Made by a program: the position numbers and the translations under genes. From Methylococcaceae bacterium (GTDB lineage Bacteria > Pseudomonadota > Gammaproteobacteria > Methylococcales > Methylococcaceae), in NCBI GenBank assembly GCA_004299145.1, contig SCQD01000173.1, positions 253 to 64,252 on the forward strand: 64,000 nt of DNA. Reading direction: 5' to 3'. The notes below the pieces were generated by a model. The model had not been told where the DNA came from, did not search any database, and saw only the letters and a list, made by a program, of their open reading frames with translations. Positions 8,833 through 19,638 of this stretch are shown piece after piece (position 1 is the stretch's first letter; each line of letters starts with the position of its first letter).

Positions 8833-9801
8833 CTATCTGCTGTTCAACAAAGCTTCCGCCCCATACGAAGAGCGCACCAGCGGCCCGGCGGCGGCGGCGC
8901 GGAATCCCATGGCCCGCGCCGTCTCGGCCAGTGCAGCGAATTCCTGTGGCGTCACGTAGCGGCTGACCGGCAAATGAGCGCGGCTGGGCTGTAAATATTG
9001 ACCCAGGGTCAGTAAATCGCAGTCGTGGGCGCGCAAATCCGCCAGGGTCTGCCGCACTTCATCCAGCGTTTCGCCCAGACCCAGCATCAAGCCGGACTTG
9101 GTCGGCACGCCGGGGAAACGCTGCCGGAATCGTTGGAGCAACGCCAGTGATACGGCATAATCCGCGCCGGGACGCACGGCGCGATACAGACGCGGCACCG
9201 TTTCCAGGTTGTGGTTGAACACGTCCGGCGGCGCTGCCGCCAAGGCGTCCAGCGCTGCATCCAGACGGCCGCGAAAATCCGGCGTGAGAATTTCCACCTG
9301 AATCGAGGACTGGGCATTACGCATGGCTTGCACGCAAGCGGCAAAGTGTCCTGCCCCGCCGTCGCGCAAATCATCGCGGTCCACGGAGGTCACCACCACG
9401 TAGCTGAGTCTGAGTTTTGCCACCGCCCGCGCCAGCCTGGCCGGTTCCTGCGGATCGGGCGGCAGGGGACGGCCATGCGCCACGTCGCAAAACGGGCAGC
9501 GCCGGGTACAAATATCGCCCAGTACCATGAAAGTGGCCGTACCTTGGTCGAAGCACTCGCTCAAGTTGGGACAAGCCGCTTCTTCGCATACCGAGTGTAA
9601 AGACTCCTGGCGCAGCACCGCCCGCACCCGGCTGACATTTTCCGACCCGGCCAGTTTGATGCGAATCCAGTCCGGCTTGCGCAACGGCGGCGCGGCTTCC
9701 ACTTTGACCGGAATGCGCGCCAGTTTGGCGGCGCCGCGCTGGTGGGTGTCCGGCGTGGTGCGAGAGGGGGATGTTCCGGCAAAGCCGTTGGGTTGAGTCA
9801 T
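8833..9801 (-). CDS. lipA: lipoyl synthase
   Basis: [13 protein letters not shown] and the radical-SAM motif CTRRCPFC. 322 aa. Confidence 0.95.
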   Translation of the reverse strand: MTQPNGFAGTSPSRTTPDTHQRGAAKLARIPVKVEAAPPLRKPDWIRIKLAGSENVSRVRAVLRQESLHSVCEEAACPNLSECFDQGTATFMVLGDICTRRCPFCDVAHGRPLPPDPQEPARLARAVAKLRLSYVVVTSVDRDDLRDGGAGHFAACVQAMRNAQSSIQVEILTPDFRGRLDAALDALAAAPPDVFNHNLETVPRLYRAVRPGADYAVSLALLQRFRQRFPGVPTKSGLMLGLGETLDEVRQTLADLRAHDCDLLTLGQYLQPSRAHLPVSRYVTPQEFAALAETARAMGFRAAAAGPLVRSSYGAEALLNSR

Positions 9802-10580
9802 ATAAGCCTTATTGAGTTAAACCAGGCCAGGCTTTGCTCCGTATCACCCTGCGGCCGGTATTCCGCCCCCAGCCAGCCGCGATAGCCGGACGCCGCTATC
9901 GCCGCAAACAGTGCCGCAAAATCCAGACTGCCCGTGCCCGGCTGCCCTCTGCCGGGCACGTCGGCAAACTGGATGTGGCCGATTTTGCCGGCGTGTTCGC
10001 CGATAAACGCCGCGGGATTTTCGCCCATGCGCGCCATGTGATAAACGTCGTATTGCAATGCCAAATGGGGATGGTCGATTTCCGCCAATACGTTCAGCAT
10101 GGCGGCACCGCTGTGGATTAAAAAGCAGGGCATGTCGAAGATATTGATGGCCTCGAATAGCGTGGTGATGGACAACGCGGCAAACACGTCGGCGGCATGG
10201 CGCAGGTTGTCTTTAAACGTCTGCTGATATTCTTCCATACGCGCAGCATCCGGACAGCGCCCCGGCAATACGTTGATGACTTTGGGACGCAGCAGTTCGG
10301 CATACTCCAGCGCTTGCGCCACGGCGCGCCGAAAATCGCCGCGCCGCTCCGGCACGGCCGCCAAGCCCTCACCGCCTTGCAGCAAATCGCCCGCCGGCAC
10401 GTTGAACAACACCAGTTCCAACTGCGCCTGCTCCAGTGCGGCGGCGATGTCGGCAGCGGGCAGTTCGTAGGGAAACTGGATTTCCACGGCGGCAAAACCC
10501 GCGCACCGCGCTGCCGCAAAGCGCTCCAGCAAAGGGAGTTCGGTAAACAGCAAACTCAGATTGGCGGAAAATTTCAGCAT
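9798..10580 (-). CDS. hyi: hydroxypyruvate isomerase
   Basis: [21 protein letters not shown]... is collinear with E. coli Hyi (MLRFSANLSMLF...). 260 aa. Confidence 0.85.
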   Translation of the reverse strand: MLKFSANLSLLFTELPLLERFAAARCAGFAAVEIQFPYELPAADIAAALEQAQLELVLFNVPAGDLLQGGEGLAAVPERRGDFRRAVAQALEYAELLRPKVINVLPGRCPDAARMEEYQQTFKDNLRHAADVFAALSITTLFEAINIFDMPCFLIHSGAAMLNVLAEIDHPHLALQYDVYHMARMGENPAAFIGEHAGKIGHIQFADVPGRGQPGTGSLDFAALFAAIAASGYRGWLGAEYRPQGDTEQSLAWFNSIRLI

Positions 10581-11476
10581 GCCGGCCTGCTTGGGCTATC
10601 GTCCTGATACAGCTTGATGAGGGTAGCGGGATCGGCGTCCAGCCAGCCGTGGCTGCCGTGACACTGCATCAACTGCGCGGCCAGCGCCGACATGGGCACG
10701 GCGCTGCCGTGCAGGCGCGCCAGATCGCCGGCCATGCTGAGGTCTTTCAGCAGGGTTTGTACCCGCCACTTGACCGGCTCGAATACACCGTTGGCCATTT
10801 CGGGGCCGAGAATCTGCAATGGTCTGGAGTCGGCGAAACCGCCTTGCAAGGCTTCGGGAATCCTGGCTGCGTCCACGCCGGCGCGCTGGGCCAGGGCGAT
10901 CATTTCGGCGATCACCATGGCATTGCAGGCGACGATCATCTGGTTGCAGATTTTGCAGATTTGGCCGGCGCCCACTTCGCCCATGTGGGTGAGCTGGCGG
11001 CTGAAGGCTGCCAGCACGGGCCGGGCGCGCTCCACGTCCGGCACCGCGCCGCCCGCCATGATGGCCAGGTTGCCTTGCTCGGCACCGGGCACGCCGCCCG
11101 ACACGGGCGCGTCCACCCAGCCCATGCCGGCGGTTTGCTGGAGTTGCTCGGCAAAACGCCGGGTCGCCTGGGGAGCGATGCTGGACAGGTCCACCAACAA
11201 TTTGCCGGCGCCGCCGCTGGCGGCCACGCCATCCGCATCAAACACCACGGCATCCACCGCCGCCGTATCCGTCAAGCTGAGCAGAACGATGTCGCAGGCC
11301 TGAACCAGGGCGGCAATGCTGTCAGCCGCGGCGGCGCCCGCCGCTATTACCGGGGCCAGTTTGGCCGGGCTGCGGTTCCACACCGTTACGCGGTAACCCG
11401 CTTGCAACAACCGCAAGGTCATGGGCCTGCCCATCAGGCCGATGCCGATAAAACCGATGTTTTCCTGGATTGTCAT
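10574..11476 (-). CDS. NAD(P)-dependent 3-hydroxyacid dehydrogenase (tartronate-semialdehyde reductase/GlxR-like)
   Basis: Rossmann N-terminus NIGFIGIGLMGRPM. ATG at 11476 (MTIQENIGF) is preferred over the upstream-extended ORF. Confidence 0.8.
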   Translation of the reverse strand: MTIQENIGFIGIGLMGRPMTLRLLQAGYRVTVWNRSPAKLAPVIAAGAAAADSIAALVQACDIVLLSLTDTAAVDAVVFDADGVAASGGAGKLLVDLSSIAPQATRRFAEQLQQTAGMGWVDAPVSGGVPGAEQGNLAIMAGGAVPDVERARPVLAAFSRQLTHMGEVGAGQICKICNQMIVACNAMVIAEMIALAQRAGVDAARIPEALQGGFADSRPLQILGPEMANGVFEPVKWRVQTLLKDLSMAGDLARLHGSAVPMSALAAQLMQCHGSHGWLDADPATLIKLYQDDSPSRPAC

Positions 11477-11672
11477 GTCACACTGGAGAGGTAAAAAGGG
11501 CATTTTCGCAATGTCTGCACAAAAGCGAAATGGGCGGGCATGGAATGCACCACATCCCAAAGCCACAGCGGTGCCGCGCTTCGCTTTATCACCGCGCTCC
11601 ATAGCCTTACATCGGGTATCATTTCGTCTCTCCCGTCGCTCACGACGTTTTTAATAGACAGGAACAGCTGCC

Positions 11673-12278
11673 ATGCATAATCCAATACAACTCATAAAAA
11701 GCTCCCTGAATTACTTTCTGCTCGGAATTCTGGCCATATTGCCGCTGGTCGTGGTAACCCAGATTTTTATCTGGCTGGCCCAGTTCGTGCTCGCCACGGT
11801 GTTCGACGTCAGAACCCTGGTGGGAGGACAGTACTGGATTACGGCGCTGGCGTTTATGGTGGTGTATGGGCTGCTGGTCTATGTCGGCTTTGAAATCACC
11901 AAACACAAACAGTCGCTGATATTATCGGTGATCGACCTCATCATCGAACGTCTGCCTTTTTTGAATAAGGTTTACCGGGTCACCAAGAAAGTGGTGGACA
12001 TGTTCCGTGGCCGGGGGGAAAAGCGCTTGCGCGAGGTGGTTTACGTCGAATATCCCAAAGACGGTTTATGGGTGCCGGCTTATGTGACCAATCACGAAGG
12101 GGATAGGTATGTGCTGTTTATTCCGACCTCGCCGAACCCGACCAGCGGATTTACCGTGATCGTGCATGCGTCGAAGGTGATTAAATCCGAGCTGAACTTT
12201 GAGGACGTCACTTCGTTCATCATCAGCGTGGGCGCTGATTTCCCGAAATCGCACGAGGCCGTGCATTTGCCGCGGTAA
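11673..12278 (+). CDS. DUF502-family membrane protein
   Basis: 201 aa. Two N-terminal TM helices followed by the conserved PTSPNPTSGF motif. Confidence 0.7.
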   Translation: MHNPIQLIKSSLNYFLLGILAILPLVVVTQIFIWLAQFVLATVFDVRTLVGGQYWITALAFMVVYGLLVYVGFEITKHKQSLILSVIDLIIERLPFLNKVYRVTKKVVDMFRGRGEKRLREVVYVEYPKDGLWVPAYVTNHEGDRYVLFIPTSPNPTSGFTVIVHASKVIKSELNFEDVTSFIISVGADFPKSHEAVHLPR

Positions 12279-12299
12279 AAATGACCATCCCCACCCAAC

Positions 12300-12698
12300 T
12301 TATTCATCTTTGTGTCGAATCGCGGCATCGGAAAGCAGCGCAGGACGAAAACGTACCCGGTTGCTGTTGATCACAACCAGATGTCCAGGGATCTGGTCGA
12401 CCAAATGGGTCAAGAGCATGAAGCGCTCCAAAAGTTGGGCAATCTGCTGAGCGGTGCTGCTATCGGCAACCCGCAGCACCAACCGTCCGGGTGATTTTTC
12501 CGGGGGATAACTGCGGGTATCGCAAAAGTCAAGATCGCGGGTAACAAGGATCAATCCTTGTTTATCGGCATATCCATCTATGTGCTCGTCCACAGCATCG
12601 CCAAGACCAACGTCACGCACATGCGCCGCTTGATGCCCTGCCTCCAGCAACACATGTAGTGCCGCTCGCGGCATATTGGCATCCAGCAGGAACTTCAT
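12300..12698 (-). CDS. DUF5615/Mut7-C-like PIN-type putative toxin
   Basis: MKFLLDANMP... Small acidic-residue pattern. The ATG shares 1 nt with the stop of the DUF433 gene (TGATG). Confidence 0.6.
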   Translation of the reverse strand: MKFLLDANMPRAALHVLLEAGHQAAHVRDVGLGDAVDEHIDGYADKQGLILVTRDLDFCDTRSYPPEKSPGRLVLRVADSSTAQQIAQLLERFMLLTHLVDQIPGHLVVINSNRVRFRPALLSDAAIRHKDE

Positions 12699-12931
12699 CA
12701 AGCGGCATGGGGCAGGGGGTGAAAAGACTCTTCTTGCACCAATTCGCCGGCAAATGCCAGGGCGGCCTGAATATCTGCCTGGGTCAGGTCGTATTCCCTC
12801 TGCACCTCCTCCAGACTCATGCCGGCTGCCAGACTACCCACGACGATGGCAACCGGCACGCGGGTTCCGGCAATCACCGGTTTGCCATGACAGACAGTGG
12901 GATCAATCAGGATTCGTTGGTTTGCCGTCAT
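12698..12931 (-). CDS. DUF433 putative antitoxin
   Basis: IDPTVCHGKPVIAGTRVPV is the DUF433 hallmark. 77 aa. Confidence 0.7.
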   Translation of the reverse strand: MTANQRILIDPTVCHGKPVIAGTRVPVAIVVGSLAAGMSLEEVQREYDLTQADIQAALAFAGELVQEESFHPLPHAA

Positions 12932-12967
12932 TGTTATTTCTCTTGCCTTTGCAGATTTTGCTATCGG

Positions 12968-15577
12968 TCAATCACTGCTTTCCGGGGGCGTGGGTTCGGT
13001 AAAACCCGCGCCGGCCGGCTCTTCGGCGCCGTTGCCGTCGTTGCTGCTATAGCGCCCGGTACCGGCGTCGCGCCGGCGGCCGCCACGGTGATCGCGGCGG
13101 AAACGGTGCCCGCGGCGGGTTTTGCGCACCGGTGCGGCACCGTCCGCGGCCTCTTCACCCACAACACTCACAACGGCTTCTTCTTCAACCGGCTGCGTTG
13201 TCGGCGCTACGCTTTTTTCCGCTGCCGGCGGACGCACGATCGCCATGCCGGGCGCCGCGTCGTAATGGAACAACACCGACGAAACCGCTTCGCCGATGGG
13301 ATTTTGCGGCCGGGCGATGGGCATGGGCGGCAACGGCGGCGGCGGCGGCAACGGCGGTGCTTCCGAGCGGGGCGCAGGTACTCTGCGAGGCTTGGGCACG
13401 TTCGGCGGTGGCGTCGCCGCTACCGCCGGCACATCGGCTGCGGGGGGAACCGGAACAACGACGATTTCCTCTGCTGTCGGCTGAGCGGCGGCCGGCTCGG
13501 CCGGTGGACGCTGATGACGCGGGCGATGCTCTCTCGGCGGCCTGGGCTCCCTTGGCTCCCTTGGCTCCCTGGTCTCGCGCGGTACTCGCGGCGGGCGCGG
13601 CTCTTCCGGCCGGACTACCGGCGCTTCCCGGCGCGTACTGGTTTCAACGACCAACTCGCCATTTTCACCGGGTACGGCAACGTTTTCCGCGCCACGGCGT
13701 CCGCGCCGGCGGCGGTCATTGCGCCGCCGGGGGCTCTGGCGATCCGTCTCCTCGCCAACCAGAGCACCACCGGCGGACGTGGCCGGCGACCGTGCCGATG
13801 TGGATGCCGACAATTGCGGCACGGGCCGCCGAGGCATGGTGGGTGCCGGTGCATCAGTGGCTTCTACCTTGGTACCGTTTTCCTCGCCCTCTTCGCCCAC
13901 CAATTTGCGCCAAAAACGCCGTATCAGCCCGGACGAGGCTGGCTTGGTGGTGGTTTGCGACTGAGCCGGCGCCGGCGTGGCCGGCAGGAAATCTTTGACG
14001 GACGGCTGCTCCACGCCAGGTCCGGCCAGGCGGGCATAATCGGGTTGTCCGGGCTCCGTTTGAGAGATCAGCACATAACTGGGCTTTTCCTCATCCTCCG
14101 CAGCCGCGTTTTTGACGCGCTGAATTTCATAGTGCGGCGTCTCCATGTGCTTGCTGGGAATGATGAGTATCTGCACTTTCTGCCGTGACTCGATCTGCTC
14201 GATGACGGAGCGCTTTTCGTTGAGCAAATAGGTGGCGACTTCGATCGGCACCTGGACGACGATTTTTTCCGTGCCTTTTTTCATCGAATCTTCTTCGATG
14301 ATGCGCAGTATCGACAACGACAAAGAACCGATGGTGCGGATGGAACCTTGCCCTTTGCAGCGCGGGCAGGAGTGCAAAGTCGCTTCGCCCAGCGAAGGAC
14401 GCAGCCGCTGACGCGACATTTCCATGAGTCCGAAGCGCGAAATGCGGCCCAACTGGATGCGCGCGCGGTCGGATTTGACGGCGTCGCGCATGCGGTTTTC
14501 CACGGCACGCTGGTTTTTGACCGACATCATGTCGATAAAGTCGATGACGAACAGGCCGCCCAGGTCGCGCAAACGCAACTGCCGGGCGATTTCCTCGGCC
14601 GCTTCCAGATTGGTGTTGAGCGCAGTCTCTTCGATGTCGCCGCCCTTGGTGGCGCGCGCCGAGTTGATGTCGATGGAGGTCAGCGCTTCCGCCGGATCAA
14701 TGACGATGGCGCCGCCGGAAGGCAACGGCACTTCGCGCCGATATGCCATTTCGATCTGGCTTTCGATCTGGTAACGGCTGAACAAAGGCACAGGGTCCTG
14801 GTAGAGCTTGGCCTTGTGGATGAATTGCGGCATCACCTGCTGCAAAAAGCTGGTGGCCAGGCGCAGGGTGTTGGGGTTGTCGAGCAGGATTTCGTCGATG
14901 TCGCCGCGCAGATGGTCGCGCAGGGCGCGGATGACCACGTTGCTTTCCTGGAAGATCAAAAACGGCGCGGGCTTTTCTCCGGCCGAGCGGGCAATGGCCT
15001 CCCACAATTGCAGCAGGTAGTTGAGGTCCCATTGCAATTCTTCCACGGTTTTGCCGCCGCCCGCCGTGCGGATGATCAACCCCATGCCTTCGGGAATTTC
15101 CAGTTGCGCCATGATTTCGCGCATGTCGTTGCGGCTTTCGCCTTCGATGCGGCGCGAAACGCCGCCGGCCCTGGGGTTGTTCGGCATCAATACCAGATAG
15201 CTGCCGGCCAGACTGATGTAGGTGGTCAGCGCGGCGCCCTTGGTGCCGCGCTCTTCCTTTTCGATCTGCACCACCACTTCCTGGCCTTCGCGCAACAGGG
15301 TTTTGATGTCGTGACGGTCGAAACTTTCGTCCGGCGCCTGGGAAAAATAGCTGGGAGAAATTTCCTTGAACGGCAAAAAGCCGTGCCGTTCCGCGCCGTA
15401 GTTGATAAAGGCGGCTTCCAGACTGGGTTCGACCCGGGTAATTATCCCTTTGTAAATATTGGCTTTTTTTTGTTCCTTGGAAGGAATTTCTATGTCAAAG
15501 TCGTACAGCTTTTGGCCGTCGACCAGAGCCACGCGCAGCTCTTCGGGCTGCGTGGCGTTGATCAGCATTCGTTTCAT
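12968..15577 (-). CDS. rne: ribonuclease E
   Basis: [30 protein letters not shown]. Conserved catalytic N-terminal half and an Arg/Pro/Glu-rich low-complexity C-terminal scaffold. Confidence 0.97.
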   Translation of the reverse strand: MKRMLINATQPEELRVALVDGQKLYDFDIEIPSKEQKKANIYKGIITRVEPSLEAAFINYGAERHGFLPFKEISPSYFSQAPDESFDRHDIKTLLREGQEVVVQIEKEERGTKGAALTTYISLAGSYLVLMPNNPRAGGVSRRIEGESRNDMREIMAQLEIPEGMGLIIRTAGGGKTVEELQWDLNYLLQLWEAIARSAGEKPAPFLIFQESNVVIRALRDHLRGDIDEILLDNPNTLRLATSFLQQVMPQFIHKAKLYQDPVPLFSRYQIESQIEMAYRREVPLPSGGAIVIDPAEALTSIDINSARATKGGDIEETALNTNLEAAEEIARQLRLRDLGGLFVIDFIDMMSVKNQRAVENRMRDAVKSDRARIQLGRISRFGLMEMSRQRLRPSLGEATLHSCPRCKGQGSIRTIGSLSLSILRIIEEDSMKKGTEKIVVQVPIEVATYLLNEKRSVIEQIESRQKVQILIIPSKHMETPHYEIQRVKNAAAEDEEKPSYVLISQTEPGQPDYARLAGPGVEQPSVKDFLPATPAPAQSQTTTKPASSGLIRRFWRKLVGEEGEENGTKVEATDAPAPTMPRRPVPQLSASTSARSPATSAGGALVGEETDRQSPRRRNDRRRRGRRGAENVAVPGENGELVVETSTRREAPVVRPEEPRPPRVPRETREPREPREPRPPREHRPRHQRPPAEPAAAQPTAEEIVVVPVPPAADVPAVAATPPPNVPKPRRVPAPRSEAPPLPPPPPLPPMPIARPQNPIGEAVSSVLFHYDAAPGMAIVRPPAAEKSVAPTTQPVEEEAVVSVVGEEAADGAAPVRKTRRGHRFRRDHRGGRRRDAGTGRYSSNDGNGAEEPAGAGFTEPTPPESSD

Positions 15578-16103
15578 GTTGTCCTGTCCTAAGCAATCCC
15601 GCCAAGCGATGGATCGGCCGGGTGCGCTGGGATTCTCTTGGGACGATCATGTGTCGGCAGCTACCTGTTTGGCTTGGCATCATCATGCAATTCCGTCGGC
15701 ACGCATGCCGACCCTGAGAAATCCGCGACTCGTCGATCTCGGCTATCGGTACCGCCCGGCGGTTTTCATAACCGGCGCGGTTCTACGATGCTTGCGGGAC
15801 GCGTACACCGCCCATCATGGGTTGAGCGGAAAAAACCCGTTTATCGGCCGTTGCGCATATCGGCACTGCCGACTGCGTTGGCCGTTGAAATCTTTGAGAG
15901 TATTGCGCCTACGGCACGGCCTTGAATGAAACCGTCGTGACGCGACCCCTGCCCTGTTTAAAATATAATTCGAGCGGGCGGGCCATCTGCCTTATGGAGC
16001 GCTTACGAACACTATGAACGCAGCTTTCACCATAAGCCGCGCAACTATAACAATCTTCTGAAATATCATCAATTTTACTACGCAAAACTGCTATGATTTG
16101 CCC
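15578..16103. promoter_or_regulatory. divergent rne / rluC intergenic region (long rne 5' leader expected)
   Basis: About 520 nt non-coding between divergent genes. In E. coli rne carries a long autoregulatory 5' UTR. No specific element was mapped here. Confidence 0.4.
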
Positions 16104-17057
16104 ATGCCAAGTCAGCCTGCCGATATTCCCCGCGTCCAGATGATCGAAATTCCGGCCGAATTCGCCGGTCAACGCCTGGATAACTTCCTCTTTACGCGCC
16201 TGAAGGGCGTTCCCAAAAGCCGCATTTACCGCATGCTGCGCTCCGGCGAAGTACGCATCAACGGCTCTCGCGTGCGCCCACAGGATCGAGTGCAAGATGG
16301 CGATAAATTGCGCATACCGCCGGTGCGGGTGGCCGAACGGGAAGAAATCGCCCTGCCCACCGAATTGCTGCGCAAGCGCCTTGATCGACGGATTTTGTTT
16401 GAAGACGACGCCGTGCTGGTGCTGAACAAACCGGTGGGCATGCCGGTGCACGGCGGCAGCGGCGCCAGTTTCGGCGTCATCGAAGGACTGCGCCACCTGC
16501 GCCCGGAAGCACGCTTTCTGGAACTGGTGCACCGCCTGGATAGAGAAACTTCCGGCCTGTTGCTGATCGCCAAAAAGCGTAGCGCTTTGCGCGTATGGCA
16601 CGAGTTGTTCCGCGAAGACCGGGTAGAAAAACGCTATCTGGCGTTACTGGCCGGTGCCTGGGCCCACAAAAAGCTCATGGTCGATGCGCCTTTGGAAAAA
16701 AACGTCGCCCAGGGCGGCGAACGCATGGTGCGCGTGTCGCGCCAAGGCAAACCGGCCCAGACCGATTTTCGCCGCCTGGAGCGATTCAGCAACGCCACGC
16801 TGGTGGAAGCCGCCCCCGTCACCGGCCGTACCCATCAAATCCGCGTGCACGCCGCCCACTTGGGGCACCCCATCGCTGGCGACGAGCGCTATGGTCAGGA
16901 AGAGAGCAACCGCGAATTTCGCCGCCTGGGCCTGAAACGGCTGTTCCTGCACGCCGCGCACCTGGTGATCGCCCACCCGGTCAGCGGTGTCGAGATGCGG
17001 CTTGAGGCGCCGCTGGAACCTGAACTGGAAAATTTTCTCAAACAGTTGAAACGATGA
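16104..17057 (+). CDS. rluC: 23S rRNA pseudouridine synthase RluC
   Basis: S4 domain (GQRLDNFL) and RluA-family core HRLDRETSGLLL. Divergent from rne, as in other Gammaproteobacteria. Confidence 0.9.
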   Translation: MPSQPADIPRVQMIEIPAEFAGQRLDNFLFTRLKGVPKSRIYRMLRSGEVRINGSRVRPQDRVQDGDKLRIPPVRVAEREEIALPTELLRKRLDRRILFEDDAVLVLNKPVGMPVHGGSGASFGVIEGLRHLRPEARFLELVHRLDRETSGLLLIAKKRSALRVWHELFREDRVEKRYLALLAGAWAHKKLMVDAPLEKNVAQGGERMVRVSRQGKPAQTDFRRLERFSNATLVEAAPVTGRTHQIRVHAAHLGHPIAGDERYGQEESNREFRRLGLKRLFLHAAHLVIAHPVSGVEMRLEAPLEPELENFLKQLKR

Positions 17058-17707
17058 AGCAACCTTATGACCTGATCGTGTTCGATTGGGACGGAACCTT
17101 GATCGACTCGATCAGCTGGATCGTGGACTGTCTGCGCCACGCCGCCGCCGTCTGCGGCCTGCCGGACCCCAGCGACAGCGCCGCCCGCTCGGTGATCGGC
17201 CTGAGCCTGGGCACGGCCATGCAAACCCTGTTCGAAGGCATTTCGCCGGCGCAGCAAGCCGCCCTGGTGCAGGCCTATCAGCGCCACTACGTCACCCAAG
17301 CCATCGGCCCCGACGATTTGTTCGAAGGCGTGAGCGGCATGCTCACCGGTTTGCGGGAACAAGGCTACCGGCTGGCCGTCGCCACCGGCAAAGGCCGCAA
17401 CGGCTTGCAGCGCGCCCTGCTCGGCACCCGCACCAGCACCCTGTTCTGCGCCACCCGCTGCGCCGACGAAACCGCCTCCAAACCCCACCCACGCATGCTG
17501 CTGGAAATCATGGCGGAAATCGGCGCGCCGGCGCAGCGCACTTTGATGATCGGCGACTCGGTGCACGACCTGCAAATGGCCGGCAACGCCCAGGTGGCCG
17601 CGGTGGCTGTGACCTGCGGCGCCAACAACCGCGACGAGTTGTTGGCACATAACCCCATGCATTGTTTATCCAATACCGTGCAGTTGATGGAATTACTGAG
17701 GAGTTGA
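17054..17707 (+). CDS. HAD-IA family hydrolase (phosphoglycolate-phosphatase-like)
   Basis: DLIVFDWDGTLIDS (DxDxT motif) and IGDSVHD. 4-nt overlap with rluC. Confidence 0.85.
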   Translation: MKQPYDLIVFDWDGTLIDSISWIVDCLRHAAAVCGLPDPSDSAARSVIGLSLGTAMQTLFEGISPAQQAALVQAYQRHYVTQAIGPDDLFEGVSGMLTGLREQGYRLAVATGKGRNGLQRALLGTRTSTLFCATRCADETASKPHPRMLLEIMAEIGAPAQRTLMIGDSVHDLQMAGNAQVAAVAVTCGANNRDELLAHNPMHCLSNTVQLMELLRS

Positions 17708-17752
17708 CCGCTTCCTCCGCCTGAAAATCCCATGCATGGTATCGGGCAAGCA

Positions 17753-17810
17753 GTAGGGTGCGCTGTGCGTACCTTCGATGGCGCTAAACGGTACGCACAG
17801 CGTACCCTAC
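17753..17810. repeat. 58-nt palindromic REP, type C
   Basis: GTAGGGTGCGCTGTGCGTACC...GGTACGCACAGCGTACCCTAC. Confidence 0.8.
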
Positions 17811-17844
17811 ACAGATTAAATACGTTTTCTTGAGTACAAACACC

Positions 17845-18834
17845 ATGAGTGAAATCGACGTTTCTACATCCACCAGCCCGAGCAAACCCGCGCCGCAAAG
17901 CGCCTGGGAACGGGAAGTCCTGGAAAAAGTGCTGATGGCCGCCATCGACGAACAGCGCCGCGGACGCCGTTGGAGCATGTTTTACAAATCGGCGCTGCTG
18001 GCGTACCTGGGCATCGCCTTATTGATGTTCGCCCATCCGTTCAAAGACGGCGGCACCATCGTCGACGGCAAAAGCCATACGGCGGTCGTCGACGTGGCCG
18101 GCATCATCATGGAAGGCACGGAAACCAATGCCGACGCCGTCATCGACGGCCTGCAGGCCGCCGTGGAAGACCCTCACACCAAGGGCATCGTGCTGCGCAT
18201 GAACAGCCCCGGCGGCAGCCCGGTGCAATCGGCTTATATTTACGATGAAGTGCGGCGCATCAGAAAAGAACACCCCGACCTACCCATCCACGCCGTGGTG
18301 GAAGATTTGTGCGCGTCCGGCTGCTACTACGTCGCGGCGGCGACCGACAAAATTTTCGTCAATCCTTCCAGCGTAGTGGGCTCCATCGGCGTGATCATGA
18401 ACGGCTTCGGCTTCGTGGAAACGCTCAACAAACTGGGAGTGGAGCGCCGCGTCATGACGGCGGGCGCCCACAAAGCCCTGCTGGACCCGTTTTCACCCGC
18501 CAATCCCGACGAAAGGCAGCACGTACAGGGGGTCATCGACAACGTGCACCAGCTGTTCATCGATGCCGTCAGACAGGGGCGTGGTGAACGCCTGAAAGAA
18601 AATCCCGACCTGTTCACCGGCCTGGTCTGGTCCGGCGCGCAAAGCATCCCGCTGGGACTGGCCGACGCGGTGGGCACGGCGCGCAGCGTGGCCAAGGACG
18701 TGATCGGCGCGGAAGAACTGGTGAACTTCACGCCCCAGGAAACGCTGATGGACCGGCTGGCCCAGCGCATGGGCGCCAGTGCCGGCACCGCGCTGCACAG
18801 CCTGATCGGCGGCATGGCGCTGACGCTGAACTGA
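17845..18834 (+). CDS. S49-family signal peptide peptidase (SppA 36K/SohB-like)
   Basis: One TM helix followed by an S49 core (NSPGGSPVQS, ASGCYYVA). ATG 17845 is preferred over TTG 17830. Confidence 0.85.
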   Translation: MSEIDVSTSTSPSKPAPQSAWEREVLEKVLMAAIDEQRRGRRWSMFYKSALLAYLGIALLMFAHPFKDGGTIVDGKSHTAVVDVAGIIMEGTETNADAVIDGLQAAVEDPHTKGIVLRMNSPGGSPVQSAYIYDEVRRIRKEHPDLPIHAVVEDLCASGCYYVAAATDKIFVNPSSVVGSIGVIMNGFGFVETLNKLGVERRVMTAGAHKALLDPFSPANPDERQHVQGVIDNVHQLFIDAVRQGRGERLKENPDLFTGLVWSGAQSIPLGLADAVGTARSVAKDVIGAEELVNFTPQETLMDRLAQRMGASAGTALHSLIGGMALTLN

Positions 18835-18853
18835 AAAAAGCTTTAAACCGAGG

Positions 18854-19276
18854 ATGACTTCCATGATGCGATTCGCCGTTTTATTGGGCATGTTTCTGAT
18901 GACAGCGGGCAACCACGCCCTGGCCAAAGCCCCTGACTGGAAACCCTTGGCCATCGCCGACGACCATTCTTCCTGGCTGTTTTTAGACCCTGCCAGCATC
19001 GTGCGCAAGCAAAAAACGGCCAGCGCCAGGGTATTACTGGAATATGCGGAAATAGTACCGGGCATGCCGGAAACCGGCGACCAGCCGTACATCATGGTGC
19101 GCAGCCTGATATCATTCAACTGCGCCAACAAAACCCTGCTGTTGCTGGAAGAAGAATATCTGGACGGCAACGACGCCCTCCTGGGTGAAGCGGACGTATC
19201 CGATGCCACCTGGGATCCCGTATTATCCGAATCGCTGATTGAACCGGTATACGACGCGGTTTGCAGCAAAAAATAA
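18854..19276 (+). CDS. small secreted protein, unknown function
   Basis: Signal peptide MMRFAVLLGMFLMTAGNHALA. 140 aa. Any adhesin-E-like similarity is only a weak impression. Confidence 0.55.
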   Translation: MTSMMRFAVLLGMFLMTAGNHALAKAPDWKPLAIADDHSSWLFLDPASIVRKQKTASARVLLEYAEIVPGMPETGDQPYIMVRSLISFNCANKTLLLLEEEYLDGNDALLGEADVSDATWDPVLSESLIEPVYDAVCSKK

Positions 19277-19336
19277 TGCCATCGGCCAAGCCGTATCAAA
19301 CCCTTCCATCATCCATTACCACGAGTTGACTATTTT

Positions 19337-19603
19337 ATGAGCCAGCAAAAACTCAACGACGCCATCAATGAATTAAAAGCCCAAATCGCCGGGCTGGAAC
19401 TGAGCGACGTCCAAGCCAAGGAAAAACTGCAATCCCTGGTGGAAGGCCTGGAAGAAAAGCTGCGCAGCCCGGAAGACGCCACCCACCACCATAGCTTGGT
19501 GGAAGAAGTACGCGACTCCGTGGAGCACTTCGAAGTGGAACACCCCCGGCTCACCGCCATCCTCAACGACTTGATGATGACGTTGAGCAATATGGGGATT
19601 TAA
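19337..19603 (+). CDS. DUF4404-like small helical protein
   Basis: 88 aa, helical, ending with HPRLTAILNDLMMTLSNMGI. Confidence 0.6.
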   Translation: MSQQKLNDAINELKAQIAGLELSDVQAKEKLQSLVEGLEEKLRSPEDATHHHSLVEEVRDSVEHFEVEHPRLTAILNDLMMTLSNMGI

Positions 19604-19638
19604 CCCAGCCCATCTATTTACCGGCTCAAACCTGCATC

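Noticed and set aside
12659-14188. 509-aa and 288-aa ORFs antisense to or overlapping rne
   Set aside because: They mirror the low-complexity Arg/Pro-rich C-terminal region of RNase E and are stop-poor because of composition. No independent signals were seen.
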